64,000 nucleotides of DNA from contig CAYLJV010000001.1 in the NCBI GenBank assembly GCA_964384105.1, positions 128,001 to 192,000 on the forward strand. Direction: 5' to 3'. The DNA comes from Candidatus Hadarchaeota archaeon (GTDB taxonomy: Archaea > Hadarchaeota > Hadarchaeia > Hadarchaeales > JAGGTB01). Both the position numbers and the translations under genes were made by a program. Below the pieces are notes generated by a model. That model had not been told where the DNA came from. It ran no database searches and saw only the letters and a list, made by a program, of their open reading frames with translations. Below, one piece after another: positions 10,533-21,281 of the stretch (its first letter is position 1; each line of letters starts with the position of its first letter).

Positions 10533-11276
10533 TTACCATCCCTCTGTGACTCTTTCTTTGCAGGAGAAACACTCTTTGTATCCTTTCTCTTTTATTTCCT
10601 TGAGTATTCTATGGGGGTCGGGATAGCATCTGATCTTTTTTCCAAACATGACGCATGCGTGGTCCACATCCACGTGTTCCAAGATGCCACCTTGGTGAGT
10701 AACGATCAAAGCTGAGCTGCTAGTTTCCTTTATATATTCCTGAATCTTTCTTCCTATCAGCTTCAAACTTTCGACATCTACTCCAGAATCTGGTTCATCT
10801 AAGAGCAATAGCTTAGGTTTTAAGAAAAACATCTGGAGAGTTTCAGCTCTTTTTCTTTCTCCTCCAGAAAAACCTACATTTATTTCCCGATCGAGAAAGT
10901 CGGTGAGTCGTAGCGTTTCTATTAACTCCCGCTCTTTTTTAGTAAAGCTATCATTTCTCTCCTTTCCGGCAGATAACTTTAGTAAATCAGATAGTTTTAT
11001 TCCAGTGATTTCAGGCGGATGTTGGAATCCGATAGAAATTCCAAGTTTTGCTCTTTCCTCAACGCTTAGGTTGGTTATATCCTTTCCAAGGAATCTTATT
11101 TCCCCATCGATGTTTTTTGGAGGGACTAGGCCCATTATTGCGTGTAGTAGAGTCGTTTTTCCGGAACCGTTTGGCCCAAATAGGACGTAGCTTTCTCCTT
11201 CGTTTAATTTAAGAGAAATCTTGTCTAGGATTTTTTTGTTTCCCATCTTTACTTTCAGATCTTCTACTTCCAGCAT
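10533..11276 (-). CDS. sufC: SufC-type ATPase (SmsC)
   Basis: GPNGSGKT, NVGFSGGERKR, LDEPDSGVD, C-terminal CxxC. Confidence 0.9.
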   Translation of the reverse strand: MLEVEDLKVKMGNKKILDKISLKLNEGESYVLFGPNGSGKTTLLHAIMGLVPPKNIDGEIRFLGKDITNLSVEERAKLGISIGFQHPPEITGIKLSDLLKLSAGKERNDSFTKKERELIETLRLTDFLDREINVGFSGGERKRAETLQMFFLKPKLLLLDEPDSGVDVESLKLIGRKIQEYIKETSSSALIVTHQGGILEHVDVDHACVMFGKKIRCYPDPHRILKEIKEKGYKECFSCKERVTEGW

Positions 11277-11512
11277 TTTATTTCCAAATCCTGTTATTCG
11301 TCTTTTTTGATACCTTTGATTGTTTATGTTATTAAACTGATGATTGCGCTCTTCTCTTCCTGTCTTGGTGGAAATTTTCGACTGTGGAAAGGAATATCAG
11401 TTTTCCGTAAGATTGATTATGAGCTCGTCTGTAGAAGAGTAACTCTCGGGTTGATCGGCATGTTGATGCTTTAAAATTCAAAAAATATTAGTTATCTCGA
11501 GTAATAGTACGA

Positions 11513-12490
11513 GTGATTAAAGTGAAAATAGTAGCTATTGAGGATCTACAGTTGGAAGAAAATGAAGTAAGGCGGATTTTCTCAGAATTTTTGAAACCGG
11601 ATAACGACTTGAAATACTTCAAGAATAAGCCGGATTCTCAATCTGAGCTAATAGACAGGTTATCGGATGCCGAGATAGCTATTGGCGTTAATTTTCCTAT
11701 TAGTCGAGAAGCGATATCTGAGTCAACGAATCTAAAGATGATATCTACCTCTTTTACAGGATACGATCACGTCGATATCGATGCTGCGACCGAGAGAGGG
11801 GTAGTAGTAACCAATGTTCCGGAATATGCCACTTATGCTGTGACTGAATTGGTCTTTGGATTTATTTTTTCTATTTTAAGAAAGTTAAACAAGGCAGATG
11901 CTGTGGTTAGGACCGGCTGGACCAGAGAAGGTCTTTTAGGGAAGGAGCTTTTCGGTAAGACTCTTGGTGTTATTGGGGCGGGTAATATCGGTCAGGAGGT
12001 CGCTAGAATTGGAAACACTTTCGGAGCAGATGTTCTAATTTACGATTATGCTCAGAGGGAGGATATAGCTGAGAAGGCGGATGCTGAACTCTCCAGATTA
12101 GAAGATCTGTTAAAAAATAGCGATATAATCACGATTCATGTTCCATTGAACGAGGAGACATATGGATTTATTGGAAAAGAGGAGATCGATTTGATGAAAG
12201 AGGGAGCTATTCTGATAAACGCAGCAAGAGGACCAATAGTTATGAGAGAACCACTTATGGAAGCTCTGAAGACAGATAAAATCAGCGCAGGCTTGGATGT
12301 TTATCATGAGGAACCTCTCTCGCCCGATGATCCTTTAACAAAGACCGAAAATACAGCTTTTACACCCCATATAGGCTTCTATACGGAGGAGGCTCTTTTT
12401 AGAAGAACTAAAACAGCTTTTGAGAATATCGAAAGTTTCTTAGAAGGAGACCCTAAAAACGTGGTTAATCCTACCGTTTTAGATAAATAG
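11513..12490 (+). CDS. D-2-hydroxyacid dehydrogenase
   Basis: GAGNIG, HVPL, INAARG, LDVYHEEP, TPHIG. Confidence 0.9.
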   Translation: MIKVKIVAIEDLQLEENEVRRIFSEFLKPDNDLKYFKNKPDSQSELIDRLSDAEIAIGVNFPISREAISESTNLKMISTSFTGYDHVDIDAATERGVVVTNVPEYATYAVTELVFGFIFSILRKLNKADAVVRTGWTREGLLGKELFGKTLGVIGAGNIGQEVARIGNTFGADVLIYDYAQREDIAEKADAELSRLEDLLKNSDIITIHVPLNEETYGFIGKEEIDLMKEGAILINAARGPIVMREPLMEALKTDKISAGLDVYHEEPLSPDDPLTKTENTAFTPHIGFYTEEALFRRTKTAFENIESFLEGDPKNVVNPTVLDK

Positions 12491-12522
12491 ATTTGATAGA
12501 AATTCTAATTTCTAATTATTAA

Positions 12523-13128
12523 TCACTCAAGAAGCGTAAAACTGTCCAAAACTGTGTTTAGCTGAGATTTTAACTGTTCATGGGATCCTTCGTATGAATA
12601 GTAGGAGATTGAATATCCAGAATTATCTCTTTTCAGGAGTATTGTTCTCGCAATTGTATTGTTTTTCTCATTCTCTTGAGTTGCTCTATAGGAGAAATCA
12701 ATCCCTGATGCGTCTTTTATTTGTATATCCTTCTTTTCTTCTAGGAGATTCATGTTTTCGTTGTTTTTAATTGTTGTGTCTATCTGTTCCCATATTGATT
12801 CCAAGGAGTTTCCAAAAGAAGGTACCGTGTAGATCTGTATCTCTGCCTGAGGTCTACCAGCAGTGGAGTTTTCTAGGATAGAAACCCTAAAAGTTCCGAA
12901 GGCTACGGTATTTTCTTCGTGCCAATTAGAGGGATATTCGAAGGAGAATTCGTATTCTTCGCTTACAAATTTTTTGTAGTCTCCATTCTGGACAGATGCA
13001 CTACCCGATGTTTCACTGATATAGAGAGTTCCAACTATAGCTATGGCTATAATAACCGCGATGACCGGTATCGCATCTAGTCCCGTTCCCCGGTTTATCC
13101 TGTCGTGTTCTTCGTCCATGCTAATCAA
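12523..13128 (-). CDS. Membrane-anchored PsbP/DcrB-like protein
   Basis: N-terminal TM helix; FSFEYPSNW; ends VLDSFTL. Confidence 0.65.
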   Translation of the reverse strand: MISMDEEHDRINRGTGLDAIPVIAVIIAIAIVGTLYISETSGSASVQNGDYKKFVSEEYEFSFEYPSNWHEENTVAFGTFRVSILENSTAGRPQAEIQIYTVPSFGNSLESIWEQIDTTIKNNENMNLLEEKKDIQIKDASGIDFSYRATQENEKNNTIARTILLKRDNSGYSISYYSYEGSHEQLKSQLNTVLDSFTLLE

Positions 13129-13241
13129 CCAAACAACTCGCTCGTTTAAAGGATTTCCCCTTTCTAATTGACTTTTTGATTCGAAAAACCGAAAATTTTA
13201 TTGAGTTAATTCGGTCGGTTTATATATGGGGAGGTGTTAAA

Positions 13242-13955
13242 TTGGGCAATAAAGATTTTTTTCGATTAAAAGACGTCAATATCTCTTACGGGCGAATCAG
13301 AGTTATAAAAGAAGTTAACATGAAAGTCAAAGCAGGAGAGTCCGTGGCTCTTCTTGGGCCAAACGGCTCTGGTAAAACGACGCTGATGAACGGGATTATT
13401 GGCTTGAAAGATGTGAAGGGGGAGATAATTTTCAACGGAGAGAACATAGCACCGTTGTCAGCTCACGAGATAGCTCATCGAAAAATAGCGCTTGCTTCCG
13501 AGAGGGGTTCGTTCTTCCCGACGATGAACGTGGCAGAGAATCTATTGATGAGCAGTATAACCCTGAGTAGAGACGAGAGGCAGGAGAGGCTGAAAGAAGT
13601 CTTGGGTCTTTTCCCTAGACTCGACGAGAGAGAAAAGCAGGAGGTTCAGAGCTTGAGTGGTGGAGAGAGAAAGATGCTCACTATTGGTATGGCTTTGATG
13701 AAGAACCCCGAGTTGGTCCTTGCTGACGAGCCTGCGATGGGTCTAGCTGTCGGTATAGTCGAAGACGTTATCAAGAAACTAAATGAGTTGAACGACAGGG
13801 GAATTGCTATAATTACCACCGAACAGAATATCGACTTTGTTCTTAAAGTCGCCGATAAGGTATATCTGTTGGATATGGGTGAGTTATCTGAGCCAATTCC
13901 CACTGATAAGTTAGAAGAATCGGAATTTGTAGAAAAAACTTACTTTGGAGAGTAG
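13242..13955 (+). CDS. LivF-type ABC ATPase, with no permease genes nearby
   Basis: GPNGSGKT, FPRLDER, LSGGERKML, DEPAMGLA, EQN. Confidence 0.85.
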   Translation: MGNKDFFRLKDVNISYGRIRVIKEVNMKVKAGESVALLGPNGSGKTTLMNGIIGLKDVKGEIIFNGENIAPLSAHEIAHRKIALASERGSFFPTMNVAENLLMSSITLSRDERQERLKEVLGLFPRLDEREKQEVQSLSGGERKMLTIGMALMKNPELVLADEPAMGLAVGIVEDVIKKLNELNDRGIAIITTEQNIDFVLKVADKVYLLDMGELSEPIPTDKLEESEFVEKTYFGE

Positions 13956-14105
13956 GGTTCGAACGATCTTGCTTGTTATAGAGGCGTTTATTTATCGTTA
14001 GCGTCAGCTCTAAGCCGATTTAATTGATTTCTTCTTTAAAAACAAATTAAGGAAAATAAGAGAAAAAAGGCCGAAATCAAAAATATTATCAATATTTAAA
14101 ATCGA

Positions 14106-14465
14106 TCATTGGCCGCCGGACATCATTTTTTGTAGTTTCTTCTGGTTTTCTTGTGCTTTTTCTTGAATACTATCTTCTTTACTTTCCATCGATTTTAGTT
14201 GAGTTTCCATTTTTTCTTTCATGTCCGTTAATTCTTCCATGAGTTCTTCTTTATCCGATTTCACTCCAATAGGTCCAACTACTCTAAAAACATCATCATC
14301 TTCATCGACGTCTTCGAGAGCATCGAACGCTTTGTCGAGATACTTTTGCTGTGCCTTGATTTGGTGCTTGTGTTCGTCTATCTGTTGTAGTTGTTGTTGC
14401 TGTTTTTGGAGTTCACCTATCATTTGCTTTGCTTCATCTGACATATTTTGTGGATTTGGTTGCAA
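14106..14465 (-). CDS. pfdB: Prefoldin beta subunit
   Basis: Coiled coils flanking a VFRVVG beta-hairpin; GAGGTG RBS before TTG. Confidence 0.85.
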   Translation of the reverse strand: MQPNPQNMSDEAKQMIGELQKQQQQLQQIDEHKHQIKAQQKYLDKAFDALEDVDEDDDVFRVVGPIGVKSDKEELMEELTDMKEKMETQLKSMESKEDSIQEKAQENQKKLQKMMSGGQ

Positions 14466-14707
14466 TTTTTTCACCTCCTGAAGTCGGAGTATAGTGTTAA
14501 TACTGTCTCCCCTAGTAAAAAAGGTCGGAATTGTCAGATTTCGATAAAATCTAAATATTTTTGAAAAAATTGCCCTTGACAAGACAAAAAATCAAAATGT
14601 TCTCTTTTTTTGGGAGCCTTCCTGTCTATTAAAATCATTGAGGGCCGTTCTTCCTCCAACTGTTATGAAAATAAAAAATCGAAAGAAGACTCGGGTTTGA
14701 GAAATAT

Positions 14708-15232
14708 TTAACTGGAGATTTTTTCTTTGGAGAGACTTAAGTGATCTTTTTCTATTTCGACTATAGCTTTGAAGAGTTTCCTGACCTCCGGTTCTTCTGC
14801 CTCTGAGGCAAACCTTGAATAAGCTTTTATTGCTCTATCCTCTCGCTTGTGAGCTTCTCGATAATTCTCTAATGCGTCTTTTGAGCATTTTTCGTAGCTT
14901 GGTATCTCTTCTTCGGGCACATCTATAACTTCGGCTAGCGCTTCAGCATGCTCTGCTTCTATTTTTCCTAGTCTTTTAAAAATCGCGGCGTCTGATTCGC
15001 TCTCCGTTTTTTTAGCAGCGCAAGCATAGAACTTTGCGTTGTCAATTTCCAGTTCTATTGCCTCTAAAACGTTTTTACGAGACTTCTCAGAAACTTCTTT
15101 GGGCATTAATCGTTCGTATTTCTCTAATTTTTTCAAATATTCTTGATGAGCTCCACAGTAGGGACAGTTCTCTGGTTTCGAGTATCCCAGATACGTTTCT
15201 CCACAAATCTCACATCTGAAAGCTGTGAACAT
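14708..15232 (-). CDS. Rubredoxin + ferritin-like (reverse rubrerythrin-type) protein
   Basis: CEICG...CPYCG followed by EAEH/EKDH diiron motifs. Confidence 0.85.
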   Translation of the reverse strand: MFTAFRCEICGETYLGYSKPENCPYCGAHQEYLKKLEKYERLMPKEVSEKSRKNVLEAIELEIDNAKFYACAAKKTESESDAAIFKRLGKIEAEHAEALAEVIDVPEEEIPSYEKCSKDALENYREAHKREDRAIKAYSRFASEAEEPEVRKLFKAIVEIEKDHLSLSKEKISS

Positions 15233-15381
15233 ATAAAAATCACCTCTTCATATTTATAATCTATTTCGAAGCTTTTAGCCTCTTTGTGTGAGTGGATTTC
15301 GTTATTGATCTTTTACGATGAATTCGTAATAATAAAGATAATAAAATAAAAGATTATTAGAAGAGTTTCTCCATATTCCGT

Positions 15382-15576
15382 TTACTCTATCTTTTTTACT
15401 TTAATGGCCTTTGGGCCCTTTTCCCCTTCTTCGGAGTCGAACTCTACGGTGTCTCCTTCGTTTAGTTTTCCAGACACGATATCGTCTCCGTGAACATAGA
15501 GATCTTTTTTTCCTTCCTCGGGTTCGATAAAGCCGTAGTTTCTCATTCCGTTAAAGAATTTTACTGTTCCTTTCAT
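15382..15576 (-). CDS. Cold-shock domain protein
   Basis: MKGTVKFFN...YGFI...DLYVH...KGPKA. Confidence 0.92.
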   Translation of the reverse strand: MKGTVKFFNGMRNYGFIEPEEGKKDLYVHGDDIVSGKLNEGDTVEFDSEEGEKGPKAIKVKKIE

Positions 15577-15838
15577 GTTATTACACCTCCTGGATTTCAC
15601 TGCTGCGATTCAGAAATGCAAACTATCCTTGGATTAAAAATAGATGTCTCTAAACCTTGTAACAGAATTTTTTTACTTTCCTTATCAACATCGGCTTGTG
15701 AACTTAAAAAGAGTCCCTTTGTTCGAAAGTGTTTAGTAGCTACGTTTTCTTTTATTACTTTTGAGATAACTAGTCTTATTCTTTTATTTTGAGGGTATAG
15801 GCCGGAAGGTACTAGTAGGAGGGAAGAAAGGTAATAAT

Positions 15839-16771
15839 GTGAGCTCTATTGAGGATTCCGAGAAGGAATCCGTTAAGTGTCCGAGCTGCGGTGGCACTTC
15901 CGTGGTGAGGGACTATCAGCACAACGTCACAATATGCGCTGATTGCGGCAGGATCCTAGAAGAGAATATAAAGGATCGGGGCCCGGAGTGGAGAGCATTT
16001 AGCTCCGAGGAATATGATAATAAGAAGCGATCAGGACCTCCTTCTACCCAGACTATTCATGATAGGGGTCTTTCTACAAAGATAGATTGGAAAAACAGGG
16101 ATGCACGGGGTAAGAATCTCTCACCTGAAAAGTCTCGACAGATGTATCGATTAAGAAAGTGGGATAATAGAAGCAAGATCGCCAATTCGGAGGATAGGAA
16201 CTTAATTATTGCACTCAGTGAGATGAGTAGAATGGTTTCTCAACTCGGTCTGCCGAGAAGTACGCAGGAGATAGCATCCAAAATTTACCGAAAAGCTGTC
16301 GAGGAAGGCCTGATTCGCGGGAGGTCGATTGAGGGTATTGTCTCGGCTACACTTTACGCGGCGTGCAGGGAGGCACAGATGCCTCGAACCCTCGAAGAGA
16401 TCGCTGAAGTGAGTCGAATTGATATTAGAAAAATTTCAAGTAATTATATGTTTTTAATCCGAGAGTTGGATCTCCATCTTCCGCCGACCGATCCAGCGAG
16501 ATATATAACTAGATTTGGAAGTGAACTTGGCCTTTCCGGCGAAGTTCAAACTGAGGCGATGCATATGATCAAAAAAATTCGAGATAAAAAGTTGACTTCC
16601 GGTAAGAGTCCCAGCGGGACGGCTGCGGCGTGTCTATACATTGCGGCTTTGAGGGGTGGAGAGAGGGTAACTCAGAGGGAAGTTGCGGAGGTTGCTGGAG
16701 TGACCGAAGTCACTGTCAGAAACAGATACAAAGATACGATCGACGATTTAGGTATCGAGCTTCAGCCTTGA
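15839..16771 (+). CDS. tfb: Transcription initiation factor IIB
   Basis: CPSCG/CADCG Zn ribbon, GPEWRAF, cyclin repeats, VTEVTVRNRYK. Confidence 0.95.
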   Translation: MSSIEDSEKESVKCPSCGGTSVVRDYQHNVTICADCGRILEENIKDRGPEWRAFSSEEYDNKKRSGPPSTQTIHDRGLSTKIDWKNRDARGKNLSPEKSRQMYRLRKWDNRSKIANSEDRNLIIALSEMSRMVSQLGLPRSTQEIASKIYRKAVEEGLIRGRSIEGIVSATLYAACREAQMPRTLEEIAEVSRIDIRKISSNYMFLIRELDLHLPPTDPARYITRFGSELGLSGEVQTEAMHMIKKIRDKKLTSGKSPSGTAAACLYIAALRGGERVTQREVAEVAGVTEVTVRNRYKDTIDDLGIELQP

Positions 16772-17131
16772 TTGTGAAATATGGGCTTTTATTCAAAGTT
16801 TTTAGAAAAGCTGTCACTGCTTCTTTTTTGAAAGACTTATAGGTATCACTTTTCACGGTCTTCGAATCTCTCAGATAAAAACTCCTAAATAGGTCTTAAT
16901 TTGAAATCAAAGCATAATTAGAAGATTTAGTATAGGTCACCTATAATTAGATTCTTGATCCGAATATTTAATATCTAATTAATTTAGTTGCCTTTACTGA
17001 ATTCTATTCCCATCACTAACACACATTGAAGTTAGAATTTGACAAAATTTTATTTTAGCCAATTTTCGTACTTCTACAGCAGATTTTGTCGAAAAACCTT
17101 TCGATAGTGTTCCGAAGTCGAAATATATTTC

Positions 17132-17674
17132 TTATTCTTCGTATTTTTCTTTGAAGAGATCTACTACCGGTTTTAGACCAGTTCTAACTACCTTTCTGAG
17201 TGATTTTGACCTTCCAATAAGATCCGCTACTGGTGGGGATAGTGTGTAGTATAAATTCACTAATTGCTTTCCCCAGTTTCTTTGGACGAGGTAAGAGTCT
17301 CTAAATTTGCGCAAGACATTGATTTCTTTTGCGAGTGGGGTCCCGTAAGCGGCTGTTGCTATGAAACAACCTTGTTGTCTCCTCTCCATATCGTGGTAGT
17401 AGTATTTCCCACAGACCGGACACTTGAATTTTAAATGCATATGCATTTCTTCACTTGATCCAAATCCGAGAAATCCTCCACGCGTTTCTACTTCTCTAAC
17501 TTCGGGTTTCTCTACCTCCATTATCTCCGCATCTTCGTCACACACTATTAGGGGAGTAGCTCCGATGGCGATAATTCCCGATGATTCCAACTCGTTTTCG
17601 TTCTTTTCTTCACTTTCTTCTTCTATTTCTTCTTCAGATTTTTCTTCAGTTTCCTTTTTTGGCAATACAATCAA
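17132..17674 (-). CDS. Acidic protein with CPVCG motif and C-terminal CFI-box domain
   Basis: GCFIATAAYG...VLRKFRD...YYTLSPPVA. Confidence 0.75.
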   Translation of the reverse strand: MIVLPKKETEEKSEEEIEEESEEKNENELESSGIIAIGATPLIVCDEDAEIMEVEKPEVREVETRGGFLGFGSSEEMHMHLKFKCPVCGKYYYHDMERRQQGCFIATAAYGTPLAKEINVLRKFRDSYLVQRNWGKQLVNLYYTLSPPVADLIGRSKSLRKVVRTGLKPVVDLFKEKYEE

Positions 17675-17777
17675 CCAATCCTATTCCTTTTTCATCATAA
17701 ATAAATCCACTTTTACATGAGCATGGCTAAAGGATCTAAATGAAGAATAGTTTTTTCTGTTAATTAAGGATTCTAGT

Positions 17778-18674
17778 TTATTTGAAAAGATCTCCGATTT
17801 CTTTTTTAAGTCCGGTAAGCATCCCTCTTACCAAAGCTTTCCACTTTTGCTCACCTTCTTTGAATATTAGCGCAGAGCAGTCTATACCGTTCACGATTTC
17901 ATCGGTCATCCAACCAAATAAGTACCGAGTGAAAACGTACTCTTTAGTTGGGCCCAGTATGATTAAATCGTAATCCTTTTTCGTTTCTTCTATCAAAGCT
18001 TTCGAAATTTTTTTATGTTGAATTATTTTTGTCTCGCACTCTACACCTAGATTATGCATGAAAGTTTTTGGTCCATTTAGGATTTCTTGAGCTTCTTCCT
18101 CAGTCTCGTCCTCTTGAAGAATATGGACTAATACACAGTCGGCCTTTGTTCCTTCAATTAATTTGGCGGTAACCGACAGCCGCTTTCTATAGTCGTAATC
18201 TTTGTACCCTACTGGGAAAAGAATCTTTTTTATATCCTGAACATTTCCAGTTCTATTTTTGAAGACTAGAACGTCTCGATCCGAATTGGCAAATATACGT
18301 TCAAGCGGATTTTGTCTCAGTGACCTTAGACTCATCTTGCCGCCCCACCCCATTAATATTAGATCGGAATCATTTTCCTCTGCCTCTTCGAGAACCCCTT
18401 GCCACACAGCCTCACTATATCTTATCTTTGGGACTATCTTTGTCCATCTACTAGCTGCCGTTTTCTCTCGATACCTCTCTATAGTTTTCGATGAACGACG
18501 CCAATCCTTTTGCATTTCTATGAAACTTCCTTCTTCGACTACAGTGAGAAATATGATTTTTCCATGATCTACTAGAACAGAAGCGAGTTCTGTTATTCTA
18601 TTTACATCGTTTGGATGTCGTACGGGTACTAGCAAGTTTTTATATCTATATTCATTCCCCAACATTATCCCCAT
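17778..18674 (-). CDS. Tandem universal stress protein, last gene of the kdp operon (KdpQ-like)
   Basis: Two USP domains (DLILMG; DLIILG); overlaps the end of kdpC. Confidence 0.75.
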   Translation of the reverse strand: MGIMLGNEYRYKNLLVPVRHPNDVNRITELASVLVDHGKIIFLTVVEEGSFIEMQKDWRRSSKTIERYREKTAASRWTKIVPKIRYSEAVWQGVLEEAEENDSDLILMGWGGKMSLRSLRQNPLERIFANSDRDVLVFKNRTGNVQDIKKILFPVGYKDYDYRKRLSVTAKLIEGTKADCVLVHILQEDETEEEAQEILNGPKTFMHNLGVECETKIIQHKKISKALIEETKKDYDLIILGPTKEYVFTRYLFGWMTDEIVNGIDCSALIFKEGEQKWKALVRGMLTGLKKEIGDLFK

Positions 18675-19236
18675 CCATAAGTCTTTTTACATCTATATTC
18701 AGTAAGAGGACGTTTACTCTCTTCAGTCCAAACATTCCGAGTAGAGGGTCCTCTGTATGTTTCTCGATCAGGTCCTTAAGTTTGCTTTCGGAAACGCCTG
18801 TATTTTTAGAAACACGAGGTATCTGCAACATCGCAGAATTAACTGTTATGTGGGGATCGAGAGCCGACCCGGACTCCGTAACTAGGTCCGATGGGACTTC
18901 TAAGTTCTCTGAGTTTTCCGAGATTTCCTCCAAAATTTCTCTAACTCTTTCGGTGAGTTCTGGGTTTTGTGGACCAAGGTTTTTGCTTCCCGATTTTCTA
19001 GCATCGTAATCTATTGAAGAAGGCCTTCCGTGGAAGTATCTTGAATCATCGAAATCCTGGCCGATCAACTTTGAACCGACTATCTCATTTTCATATTCAA
19101 CTAAGCTACCCTGGCGTGAGTCACTCCAGATCTGGCCTACCAATCCAACAGATAAGGGATAAGCTATTGAGAAGATTATTATTCCTACTATAATCAGTCT
19201 AACTGCCACGGATAAGTTCTTCAGTTTTTCATTCAT
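18652..19236 (-). CDS. kdpC: K+-transporting ATPase subunit C
   Basis: [30 protein letters not shown]. Confidence 0.95.
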   Translation of the reverse strand: MNEKLKNLSVAVRLIIVGIIIFSIAYPLSVGLVGQIWSDSRQGSLVEYENEIVGSKLIGQDFDDSRYFHGRPSSIDYDARKSGSKNLGPQNPELTERVREILEEISENSENLEVPSDLVTESGSALDPHITVNSAMLQIPRVSKNTGVSESKLKDLIEKHTEDPLLGMFGLKRVNVLLLNIDVKRLMDGDNVGE

Positions 19237-21281
19237 CCAAACACCCCAATTGTAACGAGTAATAGGTCAATAAGCTTGATAGACACAAAAGGAGCTATCA
19301 ATCCAGCTCCGCCGTATAATAAGAGGTTCTTTCTCAACAACACGGAAGCACTTTCGGCCTTATAATCCACTCCCCTCATTGCTAGGGGGATCAGGAACGG
19401 GATTATCAACGCATTATATATTAGGGACGCCACGATGGCGCTCTGTGGAGAAAATAGATTCAACACATTCATCTTTGAGAGTGCGGGAATACCGGCGCTG
19501 AAAATTGCCGGAACCAGAGCAAAGTATCTGGAAACATCGTTTGCAATACTGAATGTTGTTAAGGACCCTCGAGTCATCAACAGTTGCTTTCCTATCGACA
19601 CAACTTCGATGAGCTTTGTTGGATCGGAATCCAAATCCACCATGTTTCCAGCTTCCTTAGCAGCGTTCGTACCCGCCTGCATAGCGAGACCTACATCTGC
19701 TTTCGCAAGAGCGGGAGCATCATTGGTTCCATCTCCAGTCATACCAACTAATTTTCCTTCTCCCCTGATTTTCTCAACTAATTCAATTTTTTCCTCTGGT
19801 TTAAACTCGGCGTAATATTCGTCTATTCCCGCCTTCTCAGCAACAGCCCGAGCGGTTCTCTCATTGTCTCCAGTGGCCATGATAGTTTGAACTCCCATAT
19901 TTTGGAGTTCCTCGATTCTCTCTCGGATTCCCGGTTTCAGCTCATCATGAAGCTCTATTAGACCTACTATGTCTTTGTTGACCGCTACTGCCAGAGGGGT
20001 CCCTCCTTTATCGGATATGTTGTTAGCTTTTTCTTCCAAATCCGATGGGATATTTTCAGCATACTCTCTGATGGCGTCGACAGCCCCTTTTCTAACTTCA
20101 GTTCCATCGGAAAGATCAATTCCACTCATTTTTGTTTTAGCAGAGAACTCAATGAAATTATTTTCCGATAATTCCCCTTCATCAATATTGACCTCCATTT
20201 CATCGGCAAGAACCACAACGGACCGACCCTCAGGGGTTTCATCAAAGTATGATGCTTTTAGACTCGCAGAAGCGATGTCCGAATCTTCATATTTCCCCAG
20301 TGGCACGAAACTTTCGGCCGTTCTCTCTCCAGTAGTGATGGTTCCAGTTTTGTCCAAAATTAGTGCATCGAGGTCACCTGCCGATTCCACGGCTTTACCT
20401 GTCTTGGCTATTACGTTGTCTTTGGTCACATTTGTCATACCTGCGATCCGGATAGTAGCTAGTAAGGCCCCAATTGTAGTTGGCATCAGACCAACCAATA
20501 ACGCAATTAGATTGGCCACGTCTACGGTCATATTCACGTAGGTTCCAAAAAATCTCATAGTTGTTACGGCCACCAAATAGATGAAGGTAAAACTGGCCAG
20601 AAGTAGGATCATCGAGATTTCGTTCGGTGTTTTTTCCCGAGTAGCCGATTCTACCAATCCAATCATCTTGTCCAAAAATGATTCTCCTGGCTCTGCAGTG
20701 ACTTCAATTTTCAAACGGTCGCTGAGCACCTCGGTCCCCTCCGTTACCGAGCTTCTATCACCACCACTCTCACGAATAACTGGTTCAGACTCCCCCGTAA
20801 CTGCCGACTCATCGATTGAAGCACTCCCTTCTATGACGGTTCCATCTCTGGGGATAAGATCTCCTTCTTCCACGAATACTAAGTCTCCTTTAGCTAGGTC
20901 ATCGCTATCCACTATCTCGTAATTTCCATCGGAGATTTCCTCCAAACCAAGATCCTTCGAGAGTTTTTTTCCTTTCGTCTCGGTTTTCAGTTCTCTCAAA
21001 CTATCAGCGTGAGCTTCACCTTCCAGTTCTGCAAGAGATTCAGCATAATTTGCGAAAAGAACTGTGAATAGTAAGAGGGCCGTGATTATACCATAGTACC
21101 ACTGAGCCTCGGCACCGCCAAAGAAAGGAGGGTATAAGGTTAATATGAAAGTCATAATTGTGCCGATTTCTACGACAAACATTACGGGGTTTTTGATTAG
21201 ATATGTGGGGTCGAGCTTGATGACCGCCTCCTTCATTGCATCCAATTGTTTATCCCAATCAACCACTCTACAGACCTCCAC
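19233..21281 (-). CDS. kdpB: K+-transporting ATPase subunit B
   Basis: [30 protein letters not shown]. Confidence 0.97.
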   Translation of the reverse strand: MEVCRVVDWDKQLDAMKEAVIKLDPTYLIKNPVMFVVEIGTIMTFILTLYPPFFGGAEAQWYYGIITALLLFTVLFANYAESLAELEGEAHADSLRELKTETKGKKLSKDLGLEEISDGNYEIVDSDDLAKGDLVFVEEGDLIPRDGTVIEGSASIDESAVTGESEPVIRESGGDRSSVTEGTEVLSDRLKIEVTAEPGESFLDKMIGLVESATREKTPNEISMILLLASFTFIYLVAVTTMRFFGTYVNMTVDVANLIALLVGLMPTTIGALLATIRIAGMTNVTKDNVIAKTGKAVESAGDLDALILDKTGTITTGERTAESFVPLGKYEDSDIASASLKASYFDETPEGRSVVVLADEMEVNIDEGELSENNFIEFSAKTKMSGIDLSDGTEVRKGAVDAIREYAENIPSDLEEKANNISDKGGTPLAVAVNKDIVGLIELHDELKPGIRERIEELQNMGVQTIMATGDNERTARAVAEKAGIDEYYAEFKPEEKIELVEKIRGEGKLVGMTGDGTNDAPALAKADVGLAMQAGTNAAKEAGNMVDLDSDPTKLIEVVSIGKQLLMTRGSLTTFSIANDVSRYFALVPAIFSAGIPALSKMNVLNLFSPQSAIVASLIYNALIIPFLIPLAMRGVDYKAESASVLLRKNLLLYGGAGLIAPFVSIKLIDLLLVTIGVFG

